Below, piece after piece: positions 9,677 through 17,573 of a stretch of DNA of 64,000 nt (the stretch's first letter is position 1; each line of letters begins with the position of its first letter). Both the position numbers and the translations under genes were made by a program. The stretch is from a virus: positions 1-64,000 of IMG/VR virus record IMGVR_UViG_3300027969_002881; one strand, written 5' to 3'. The notes under the pieces were generated by a model. It made no database searches and had not been told where the DNA came from. It saw only the letters and a program-made list of their open reading frames with translations.

Positions 9677-10681
9677 ATGAAAATACAAGAACTAATTGAA
9701 GCTAAACAACGTTTAGATCCCAAGTGCTGGAAAGGCTATAAAAAGCAAGGCACTAAGATGAAAGGCGACACTAGAGTTAACAACTGTGTGCCTGAAAGTG
9801 CTGATCAAGGTGTGGCGGAAGTTGCTGGACCTGCTGTCGATTCAAAAGGCCGCACACAACGTCAGTGGATTCAAGCTGTCAAGGCAAAGTTCCCCGATGC
9901 TAAAATTATTCAGTCTAAGATGATTGATGGTCCTTGCCAAGCAACATTAACTGACGGCAGAACACTTGTATGGAAAAAAGTAGACCAAGTTGAAGAGATA
10001 ATTGATCCAACTGGTGCTACAGCAAACGCATTACGTTATGTTGGTAGAAAAATAGCCACTGTTTTTCCATTGTTAGCAGTAGGTGGTGTAGGTGCAGGAT
10101 TGGCTTACGCTGGACTAATGGCTCCTATTGTAGCCTCAATGGGCGGCGTGGGTACTGCACTGGCTGGGTTAAGCACCGAGGTCATGGCCTACGGTGCTGT
10201 TGGCGGCATGGCGGCGACACCATCGTTGATACAAATTATCAAAGATTTATTTGCCGCAGATGAAAATAGTATTCAAGCAGGTATTAAGCGTTGGGTAGAA
10301 AAACATGTAGGTGACGAAAACGATGTACTAGAGTTTATGAATTTACATGCTCAGAGTGCATACTTGAAACAACGCCTATTCCGTTGGAGAGCCAAACAGT
10401 GGGAAGTTAAAATGAAACCCGATGAAGCAGAAGCCTACTTAGAAAAAAATAATAAGCATTGGTTAGACATGGAAAAGCAAAAAGTCATCGATGCCGAAAA
10501 AGCAAAAGTCGATGCCGCAAAGGCAGAAGTAAAACCAGGTATGGCAGAAGGATTAGATGCTGATCAAAAGAAAGCTCGTCAAGTTCCTGGAACTGAAATG
10601 CCAAAAAAGACTAGTCCAGTACTAGGTAAAGCACCCAAGCAACATCCTTTCAAAGGTCGTGCTGTTGGTGACGGTCTATAA
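9677..10681 (+). CDS. Modular probable head-internal protein with CWKGY...NCVP module and a Gly/Ala-rich hydrophobic segment
   Basis: Starts MKIQELIEA; internal GVAEV and GMAEG; hydrophobic stretch FPLLAVGGVGAGLAYAGLMAPIV... Confidence 0.65.
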   Translation: MKIQELIEAKQRLDPKCWKGYKKQGTKMKGDTRVNNCVPESADQGVAEVAGPAVDSKGRTQRQWIQAVKAKFPDAKIIQSKMIDGPCQATLTDGRTLVWKKVDQVEEIIDPTGATANALRYVGRKIATVFPLLAVGGVGAGLAYAGLMAPIVASMGGVGTALAGLSTEVMAYGAVGGMAATPSLIQIIKDLFAADENSIQAGIKRWVEKHVGDENDVLEFMNLHAQSAYLKQRLFRWRAKQWEVKMKPDEAEAYLEKNNKHWLDMEKQKVIDAEKAKVDAAKAEVKPGMAEGLDADQKKARQVPGTEMPKKTSPVLGKAPKQHPFKGRAVGDGL

Positions 10682-10684
10682 ATA
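10677..10684 (+). promoter_or_regulatory. T4 late promoter consensus TATAAATA
   Basis: Exact T4 gp55 consensus just upstream of ATG 10690. Confidence 0.65.
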
Positions 10685-10689
10685 AAACT

Positions 10690-11058
10690 ATGAGATTAGA
10701 AGGTTTTGTAGCCAAAGGCTGGGGCTCGGAAAACATTTGGGCTACCAATGACAAATACTGCGGTAAACTATTAAAGTTTAACCAAGGTGCTAAATTCAGT
10801 ATGCACTTCCATGCTGAAAAAGAAGAAACATGGTATGTACTCAGTGGTAGCTTTATTGTTCGCTGTATTGACACAGCCAACGCCAATCAATACGAACAAA
10901 CTTTAAAAGAAGGTGATGTATGGCATAACAAACCATTATTACCACATCAACTAATCTGTGTAGAAGAAGGTGTTATCATTGAAGTCAGTACACCTGATTC
11001 AGTGGAAGATAATTACAGAGTAGGCAAGGGCGACAGTCAAAATGCGAGTAATGGTTAA
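10690..11058 (+). CDS. Cupin-fold protein (sugar isomerase / mannose-6-phosphate isomerase-like)
   Basis: SMHFHAEKEETWYVLSG and PHQL cupin motifs. Confidence 0.7.
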   Translation: MRLEGFVAKGWGSENIWATNDKYCGKLLKFNQGAKFSMHFHAEKEETWYVLSGSFIVRCIDTANANQYEQTLKEGDVWHNKPLLPHQLICVEEGVIIEVSTPDSVEDNYRVGKGDSQNASNG

Positions 11059-11458
11059 TGGTACTTTTGATATCCTGCATCGCGGGCATATCGAAATGTT
11101 AAACTACGCAAAAAGCAAAGGCGATTATTTGTTAGTGGCAATTGATACGGATCGAAGAGTATCAGAATTAAAAGGTCCAACTCGCCCTGTTAATAATCAA
11201 GAAGATCGCAAGTTTCATTTAGAAAATTTAAAAGCAGTTGATCAAGTACTGTTCTTTGACAGTAAAGAACAGCTAATAGATATAATGAAATCATACAAAC
11301 CCGATGTATATGTCAAGGGCAGTGACTGGCAAGGCAAAAGTGTCGAAGCTGCCAATCACTGCGATGAAATAATTTTTTACAGCAGAGTCGGTGATTACTC
11401 TACTACCAACACCATACTTCGTATTAGTTCGTCAATTGAACAAAAGATAAATAATTAA
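11042..11458 (+). CDS. Nucleotidyltransferase, HldE/RfaE domain II-like (heptose-1-phosphate adenylyltransferase family)
   Basis: NGTFDILHRGH (HxGH), KGPTRPVN, YVKGSDW, YSTT. Confidence 0.75.
   Translation: MRVMVNGTFDILHRGHIEMLNYAKSKGDYLLVAIDTDRRVSELKGPTRPVNNQEDRKFHLENLKAVDQVLFFDSKEQLIDIMKSYKPDVYVKGSDWQGKSVEAANHCDEIIFYSRVGDYSTTNTILRISSSIEQKINN
11446..11453 (+). promoter_or_regulatory. T4-like late promoter candidate (GATAAATA) upstream of dps
   Basis: Followed by SD AAGGA and ATG 11471. Confidence 0.5.
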
Positions 11459-11470
11459 AAGGATATTATC

Positions 11471-11911
11471 ATGGACGAACTTTCACAAGCACTTAAAGTA
11501 GTTTTAGCAAATCACTATGCTTTTAGTTTAAAAGCACAAAACTTTCACTGGAACGTAGAAGGCCCTGACTTCAAACAATATCACGATTTGTTTGGCGAAA
11601 TCTATGAAGAAGTTTATGGCAGTGTAGATACTATTGCTGAACGTGTTCGTACTATTGGCTTTTACACACCTGGTAGTTTTAGACGTTATCTTGAACTAAG
11701 TCAAATTGAAGATCAAGTTGAGATTCCAAACTCTCGTTCAATGATTGAAAAACTATTAGCAGATATCAGTACTGTACAAACTAGTATTAAAGTTTGCTAT
11801 GACTTAGCCGAACAAAACAGTAATCACGGACTAAGTAACTTGATGGCTGAAAGACAGGATGCATTTGCAAAACATGCGTGGATGTTAACTGCTACATTAA
11901 AAAATAGATAA
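11471..11911 (+). CDS. dps: Dps-family ferritin-like protein
   Basis: KAQNFHWNVEG, HDLFGEIYE and DTIAER motifs. Confidence 0.9.
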   Translation: MDELSQALKVVLANHYAFSLKAQNFHWNVEGPDFKQYHDLFGEIYEEVYGSVDTIAERVRTIGFYTPGSFRRYLELSQIEDQVEIPNSRSMIEKLLADISTVQTSIKVCYDLAEQNSNHGLSNLMAERQDAFAKHAWMLTATLKNR

Positions 11912-12165
11912 TGCAACAAACTGAAAAGATAGTAAAAGATTTAGTTAAAGTAACATTAACAGAATCTCAAACTGCCGCGCTAGTATCATTTATTGACGAT
12001 CGCGGCCAAACAATATTCAAAAACAGCAACTTACTCAAAGTCATTAACAAAAATGATTTTGACGCTGTTCCTACTGAACTAAAAAAATGGGTAATTGAAA
12101 ATGGTAAAGTTCGCAGTGAACTTGAACTGTTACGCCAAAAAGAAATTTCTCTGTTTACCAAATAA
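11911..12165 (+). CDS. Lysozyme (GH24)-like C-terminal half only
   Basis: VKVTLTESQTAALVSF...SNLLKVIN...KKWV...RQKEISLF matches the GH24 C-lobe pattern; no N-terminal catalytic segment. Confidence 0.6.
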   Translation: MQQTEKIVKDLVKVTLTESQTAALVSFIDDRGQTIFKNSNLLKVINKNDFDAVPTELKKWVIENGKVRSELELLRQKEISLFTK

Positions 12166-12168
12166 CAC

Positions 12169-12197
12169 TTGACTGATGATGTGTAATACTATATAAT
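12169..12197 (+). promoter_or_regulatory. sigma70-type promoter
   Basis: TTGACT-17-TATAAT, followed by SD AAGGAG. Confidence 0.75.
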
Positions 12198-12226
12198 AGT
12201 AGAACACATTTTATTAAGGAGTGTTT

Positions 12227-12484
12227 ATGGAACCGCGTATGTTTTCCGGCGATGAAAAAGCCAAAATTAAAAAACTATTTGCCGAAGGCATTCAAGTTAT
12301 GGGTGAAGTTGCTGCCTTGTCCGAAGGCTTGAATGAAACTATTAAAGCCATTGCAGAAGAACTAGACATGAAGCCTGGCGTACTTAAAAAGGCATTGCGT
12401 ATTGCTTATAAGAATGAGTTTGCCAAAGAGCAAGATGCATTTACTGAGGTAGAAGAAGTTCTCGAAGTTGCAGGTCATCGTTGA
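12227..12484 (+). CDS. Double-stranded DNA-binding protein, T4 DsbA-like
   Basis: Small helical protein (IKAIAEELDMKPGVLKKALRIAYK) upstream of the polymerase; ATG 12227 follows AAGGAG. Confidence 0.5.
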   Translation: MEPRMFSGDEKAKIKKLFAEGIQVMGEVAALSEGLNETIKAIAEELDMKPGVLKKALRIAYKNEFAKEQDAFTEVEEVLEVAGHR

Positions 12485-12720
12485 TTAAATTCCTAAAAGA
12501 GCAAACATGGCAATTTTATTTTGAATGGCTATGTACGGCTGTTCTTATTATCGGAGTTGCCCTGACCAGTTATAATGTTTATCCTCTAAACATTTGGCTC
12601 AGTTGCCTAGGCAATCTAGGTTGGTTTGTTCTCGGTATACTATGGCGTAAGTGGAGTTTGATTATTGTTCAACTTATAGTTACATTAATCTATGTTGCAG
12701 GAATATATAATATACTATGA
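12481..12720 (+). CDS. Small three-TM membrane protein
   Basis: Three hydrophobic segments; similar architecture to 41260..41502. Confidence 0.6.
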   Translation: MIKFLKEQTWQFYFEWLCTAVLIIGVALTSYNVYPLNIWLSCLGNLGWFVLGILWRKWSLIIVQLIVTLIYVAGIYNIL

Positions 12721-15362
12721 GTTATGTTGACGCAATTTATGTAAAAGATAAAGACCTTATTAATGTAGTAGAACGAGTTGATGGAGTAAGAAAGTTTAAA
12801 AGTTTTCCTGCCCATTACCTGTTTTACTATGCTGACAATAAAGGTCAATACACAGGCATTGATGGTAAAAGACTGACTAAGGTTGCTGTGGCCAGTAACA
12901 AAGCTTTCGATAAAGAAAAGCGCATATATGGACACAAACAACTTTACGAAAGTGACATTAAGCCATTAAACAGATGTTTAGAATCAAACTATCTAAACAG
13001 TGACGCTCCACAAGTCAATAAGGCATTTTTCGATATTGAGGTTGCTTACAGTAAAGAAAAAGGGTTTGCTGATCCCAGCGATCCGTTTAATCCCATTACT
13101 GCTATCTCTGTACATTGTGGCTGGCTGGATAAACTAATTACATTGGTTATTAAACCTGACCTAATGGCACAGGATCAAGCAGAAGCTATTGTAGCTAGAT
13201 TTGATGACACTATACTTTGTCCCAACGAAGAAGATATGTTGGATACGTTTCTAACTATCATTGACGACGCTGACATTATCAGTGGTTGGAACAGCGAAGG
13301 CTATGACGTACCTTATACAGTTAATAGAATTATTAAACTCATGGGTGCGGATCATACTCGTAGATTTTGCCTATGGAATGCTAAACCTAAGAAGCGTGAA
13401 TACGAAAAGTATGGTAAGATTAGTGAAACATACGACTTTGTCGGTCGTGTACACTTGGACTATCTTGACTTGTATCGTAAGTATACCTATCATGAACTTC
13501 ACACATATCGACTTGACTATGTAGGTGAGATTGAAATTGGCGAAACTAAAGTTCACTATGAAGGCACATTGGATCAACTGTATAACAATGACTTTGAAAA
13601 GTTCATTGCGTATAACAGACAAGATACCATGTTGCTGTTCAAGATGGACGCCAAGCTACAATACATTGACTTAGTTAACGTGTTGGCCCATGCAAACACA
13701 GTTACACTACGCACAACAATGGGTGCGGTGGCTATGACTGATCAAGCTATTATCAATGAAGCTCACGGGCGAGGAGTAATGGTAATGGATCGTAAGCGTG
13801 GTGATGGTATTGAAACACAGGCCGCAGGTGCTTATGTAGCTTATCCTAAAAAAGGTGTACATGATTGGATCGGGTCAATGGACTTGAACAGTTTGTATCC
13901 TAGTTTGATCCGTGCTCTTAATATGAGTCCAGAAACTATTATTGGACAGGTGCGTCAACAACAAACTAAACAAGAACTTACAGCATGGCTGGACAGTGGC
14001 AAAGGCTTTGCTGACTACTGGGATGGAAAGTTTGCTGTACATGAATATGATCAAGTCATGGCTAAAAACAAAGCCTATGATGTTATCATTGATTGGGAGA
14101 ATGGCACCAGCACAGAAATGTCGGCCGCCGAAGCATACGAGTTAATTTATCTAAATGGTAACCCTTGGATGTTAACTTCCAATGGCACAATCTTTACTTT
14201 TGAAAAGCAAGGCGTTATTCCTGGATTGCTAGCACGTTGGTATAGTGAACGTAAAGAACTACAAGTCAAAGCCAAAGAAGCATATGGTACAGATATGTTT
14301 GAGTATTGGGATAAGCGACAGTTGGTCAAGAAGATTAATTTGAACTCGTTATATGGTGCGTTGCTCAATGCAGGATCTAGATTCTTCGACCTACGCATGG
14401 GACAGAGCACAACACTATGTGGTAGACAAGTTGCCAAGCACATGGCCAGTCAGGTAAATGAAATGTTTACTGGAGAATATAATCACTTGGGTGAAACTAT
14501 TATCTATGGTGACACTGACAGTTGTTACTTTAGTGCTTATCCAGTTTATAAAAATCAAATTGGCCGCAATGAACTTGAATGGACTCGTGATAAAATCATC
14601 GAGTTATATGATACAGTGGCAGATGAGGTCAATAATACATTTCCTGGCTTTATGAATCAAGCATTTAATTGCCCCACTAACTATGGTGAAATTATTAAAG
14701 CAGGACGAGAAGTTGTCGCCAGTAAAGGCTTGTTCATTACTAAAAAACGTTATGCCGTTCTTATCTATGATAAAGAAGGTAAACGCAAAGACAAAGATGG
14801 AGAGCTCGGCGAGATTAAAGCCATGGGACTCGATCTTAAAAGGTCTGATACTCCTGAATTCATGCAAAAGTTTCTTGAGCAAATTTTGCTTATGGTTCTC
14901 AATGGACAAGACAAGCAAGACGTTATTGATGCCATCAATGAATTTAGAACAGCATTCAAGGAACGTCCAGGTTGGGAGAAAGGTACACCCAAGCGTGTTA
15001 ACAACTTAACCAAACATACCGAAGTCTTTGCAAAGACTGGTAAGTGCGGAGTTGGACATGCTATGGCGGCTATCAATTGGAATAGATTTAAAAAAGCACA
15101 CAGTGATCAGCGCAGTATGGATATTACTGATGGTATGAAAGTTATTGTATGTAAACTTAAATCCAATCCAATGGGTATAACAAGCATTGCTTATCCAACT
15201 GATGAACTTAGACTACCAGAATGGTTTAAAGAATTATCGTTTGATAATGCGGCTATGGAATCTACTATTATTGACAATAAAGTGGACAACCTAATTGGAG
15301 TTCTTGACTGGGATATCAGTGCTAGTGATCAAAAAACTAGCTTCGATATGTTGTTCGGGTAA
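12717..15362 (+). CDS. polB: Family B DNA polymerase with 3'-5' exonuclease
   Basis: FFDIEV (ExoI), GWNSEGYDVPY (ExoII), YNRQD (ExoIII), DLNSLYPS, KINLNSLYG, YGDTDS. Confidence 0.97.
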   Translation: MSYVDAIYVKDKDLINVVERVDGVRKFKSFPAHYLFYYADNKGQYTGIDGKRLTKVAVASNKAFDKEKRIYGHKQLYESDIKPLNRCLESNYLNSDAPQVNKAFFDIEVAYSKEKGFADPSDPFNPITAISVHCGWLDKLITLVIKPDLMAQDQAEAIVARFDDTILCPNEEDMLDTFLTIIDDADIISGWNSEGYDVPYTVNRIIKLMGADHTRRFCLWNAKPKKREYEKYGKISETYDFVGRVHLDYLDLYRKYTYHELHTYRLDYVGEIEIGETKVHYEGTLDQLYNNDFEKFIAYNRQDTMLLFKMDAKLQYIDLVNVLAHANTVTLRTTMGAVAMTDQAIINEAHGRGVMVMDRKRGDGIETQAAGAYVAYPKKGVHDWIGSMDLNSLYPSLIRALNMSPETIIGQVRQQQTKQELTAWLDSGKGFADYWDGKFAVHEYDQVMAKNKAYDVIIDWENGTSTEMSAAEAYELIYLNGNPWMLTSNGTIFTFEKQGVIPGLLARWYSERKELQVKAKEAYGTDMFEYWDKRQLVKKINLNSLYGALLNAGSRFFDLRMGQSTTLCGRQVAKHMASQVNEMFTGEYNHLGETIIYGDTDSCYFSAYPVYKNQIGRNELEWTRDKIIELYDTVADEVNNTFPGFMNQAFNCPTNYGEIIKAGREVVASKGLFITKKRYAVLIYDKEGKRKDKDGELGEIKAMGLDLKRSDTPEFMQKFLEQILLMVLNGQDKQDVIDAINEFRTAFKERPGWEKGTPKRVNNLTKHTEVFAKTGKCGVGHAMAAINWNRFKKAHSDQRSMDITDGMKVIVCKLKSNPMGITSIAYPTDELRLPEWFKELSFDNAAMESTIIDNKVDNLIGVLDWDISASDQKTSFDMLFG

Positions 15363-15432
15363 CTAAATAAAAGACAGGATATGTTTGGCACATATCCAAC
15401 ACTTAGCAAAGTATATTTTGGTAATATACAAT

Positions 15433-15462
15433 TTGACTATCTAAACCTAAATATAGTATAAT
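15433..15462 (+). promoter_or_regulatory. sigma70-type promoter with a nested late-like CCTAAATA (15446-15453)
   Basis: TTGACT-18-TATAAT; SD CAGGAG before the TTG start. Confidence 0.6.
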
Positions 15463-15483
15463 ATACTATACAGGAGAAATAAT

Positions 15484-16221
15484 TTGAAAGACACAATTTT
15501 TGACATCGTCAGACACACAGCAAGCCTTGGCTTTTTTGACTTGGCTAAAATTACAGGCACAGATGAGGAAACTGAAATCTGGACTTGTGATGAAAAGAAA
15601 ACCGTTGTACTAGACGCAAAACTAAAATCACCAAACGCAGGACTAATTGGTGAAGTTGGATTAGGTAACTTAGGTTTCCTAAATGGTATTACTGGCCTTT
15701 ATAATAAGGAAGGCGCTACTGTAGAAGTTCTTACAGCGGCACGTAACGGTGAAACTATTCCCGACTATCTGCTATTTAAAGACGCTGATGGAAACAACGA
15801 CAAATATCGTTTGATGAGCAAAGAGATCATTGACACACAACTGCAACAAAGCAAGTTTAAAGGTGTTAAGTGGGACATTAGCTTTGATCCAAAGAAAAGC
15901 AAAGTAAGCGAAATGGCACAAAAGGCCAGTGTTTACTCTTCAATTGAACCAACGTTTACTGTAAAGACTGAGGACAATGATCTTGTTCTTGTTTTTGGTA
16001 GCGACACTGCTGGTAGCCACTTTGGGCGAATGACGCTTGCTCAGGGAGTTACAGGCAATATTAAAGAAGGCTATGCTTGGCCTATTGATAAATTTTTATC
16101 AATTCTTAAACTAGGCATGAGTGGCGAGTGTACTGTACATTTTAGCCAAGTTGCATGTATGATTACCATTGACAGTGGTATCGGTACATACAATTACATT
16201 TTACCAGGACATACACGATAA
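15484..16221 (+). CDS. Probable DNA polymerase sliding clamp (gp45-like)
   Basis: 245 aa, beta-rich, immediately after polB; TTG start with SD. Call rests on size and position, not a diagnostic motif. Confidence 0.5.
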   Translation: MKDTIFDIVRHTASLGFFDLAKITGTDEETEIWTCDEKKTVVLDAKLKSPNAGLIGEVGLGNLGFLNGITGLYNKEGATVEVLTAARNGETIPDYLLFKDADGNNDKYRLMSKEIIDTQLQQSKFKGVKWDISFDPKKSKVSEMAQKASVYSSIEPTFTVKTEDNDLVLVFGSDTAGSHFGRMTLAQGVTGNIKEGYAWPIDKFLSILKLGMSGECTVHFSQVACMITIDSGIGTYNYILPGHTR

Positions 16222-16520
16222 TGGCAACAAAAAAATTGACCCCAGTAAAGCGCAAGCCGGATCCAGTCAATGACGTTGACATTGACGAAGAAGTTACATT
16301 ACCCAAGGCAAAAGTTGTTGGAACTAAGAACACAGCTTCCAAAGATTCTAAGCCAGAGGTTACGCAGAAAGAAGTTCTCGACGAACTTAAAAAGCAAACA
16401 GAATATTTACATAGAGTAGACTGGAAGCTTTGGATGCTAATGAACATGGTTCGTATCATCGGTGAAGAAAATGGTTACACCTTTAAATTTGGTGGCATGG
16501 ATACTAAGGAGAATGAATAA
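16221..16520 (+). CDS. Hypothetical protein with DWKLW motif
   Basis: EYLHRVDWKLW. Confidence 0.7.
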   Translation: MATKKLTPVKRKPDPVNDVDIDEEVTLPKAKVVGTKNTASKDSKPEVTQKEVLDELKKQTEYLHRVDWKLWMLMNMVRIIGEENGYTFKFGGMDTKENE

Positions 16521-16780
16521 TGAATGATAAACAAGCAGATGCAATGTTAAAAAGTCTCAAGAGAATCGAAAGTTTTCTTGAGGCGATTGATTGGAAACTA
16601 TGGAACTTCCATCAAAAGGTTATCGGAGCAGGTACTACTGAAGCCGACGATATAACTGACGAAGATGAAGAGACGGAACAGTTAGCCGCTGTTATCGAAT
16701 CACCAAAAAAAGCGGTAGCCGCTGAAACTACAAAGTCAGCGGCTGTTCCTGGTTATCCTACCATCGAAAAATGGAATTAA
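16520..16780 (+). CDS. Hypothetical protein with DWKLW motif
   Basis: ESFLEAIDWKLW. Confidence 0.7.
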   Translation: MNDKQADAMLKSLKRIESFLEAIDWKLWNFHQKVIGAGTTEADDITDEDEETEQLAAVIESPKKAVAAETTKSAAVPGYPTIEKWN

Positions 16781-16781
16781 A

Positions 16782-17156
16782 ATGAAGAAGATGATTTGGG
16801 TTACCTTTCGTAAGGAAGGCATACACAAGTACCCAGCGGCTCTAACTGATCCTAACTTGGCTACCGGAGATGAATATGATGTCAGCTTTCTTGGCTATCC
16901 TCACAGACACATGTTCCATTTTAAAGTAGCCATTGAAGTGTTTCATGATGATCGTGACATTGAATTTATTCAATTTAAACGCTGGTTGGAAAATCTTTAT
17001 AAAGGTGCCATACTGGCATTAGACTTTAAAAGTTGCGAGATGATCGCAGAAGATTTGTACACACAAATTAATGCTCGCCATCCCGGCAGAGCAGTGACAA
17101 TAGAAGTAAGTGAGGACGGTGAAAATGGATGCTACATTCAATTTGAACAGAAGTAA
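16782..17156 (+). CDS. T-fold QueD-like protein, DpdL-like (LxxxHRHxF)
   Basis: FLGYPHRHMFHF replaces the QueD CxxxHGH motif; SCEMIAEDL and IEVSEDGENG match T-fold ends. Confidence 0.7.
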   Translation: MKKMIWVTFRKEGIHKYPAALTDPNLATGDEYDVSFLGYPHRHMFHFKVAIEVFHDDRDIEFIQFKRWLENLYKGAILALDFKSCEMIAEDLYTQINARHPGRAVTIEVSEDGENGCYIQFEQK

Positions 17157-17166
17157 GGTTAGAACA

Positions 17167-17526
17167 GTGCATAACAATAATAATTCTTATGTTAGTCGTG
17201 CAATGATTAATATCAATGATATTAAATATGACTTGCTAAAAATTGCCGAGTTATATGACGGTGTTTTACAAGAAGGATTGGGACACTTGCCCGCAGATAT
17301 GTTCCTGGCATATCTCAGTGATATGAGAAACGATCGGTGGATTCATAGTTATGAAATCACTGAAGTTATGCTCAAAGAGTATAGCTACACATATGATGTT
17401 GGTATTCAAATTACCAATGATCGCACTCCTAAGAAGCTAAAGATTCATGTTGGCTTATATAAGAGTACTTGGCCCGACTTGGCGTCTACCATGAAATATA
17501 ATGGTAGCGGTTATGTACGGTCTTAA
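17167..17526 (+). CDS. Hypothetical protein
   Basis: ORF from the track; start uncertain (GTG 17167 or ATG 17203). Confidence 0.55.
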   Translation: MHNNNNSYVSRAMININDIKYDLLKIAELYDGVLQEGLGHLPADMFLAYLSDMRNDRWIHSYEITEVMLKEYSYTYDVGIQITNDRTPKKLKIHVGLYKSTWPDLASTMKYNGSGYVRS

Positions 17527-17541
17527 TTTTTGTTTTAAAAA

Positions 17542-17549
17542 CCTAAATA
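17542..17549 (+). promoter_or_regulatory. Late-like promoter candidate (CCTAAATA) upstream of the TGT/DpdA-like gene
   Basis: Intergenic, followed by SD AAGGAG. Confidence 0.4.
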
Positions 17550-17573
17550 CAATCTCCAACAAAGGAGAAATAT

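Noticed and set aside
10690-11058. MRLEGF start as another capsid-targeting tag
   Set aside because: Lacks the xE(L/F/I)..E pattern; the protein is an ordinary cupin enzyme.
11911-12165. Calling the lysozyme-like ORF the endolysin
   Set aside because: No catalytic N-terminal segment and no holin or spanin context.
12717-15362. Intein or intron in the DNA polymerase
   Set aside because: All exonuclease and polymerase motifs are present at normal spacing in a single 881-aa ORF.
15377-15397. Hairpin GGATATGT-TTGGC-ACATATCC after polB as a terminator
   Set aside because: No U-tract follows; the function cannot be supported.
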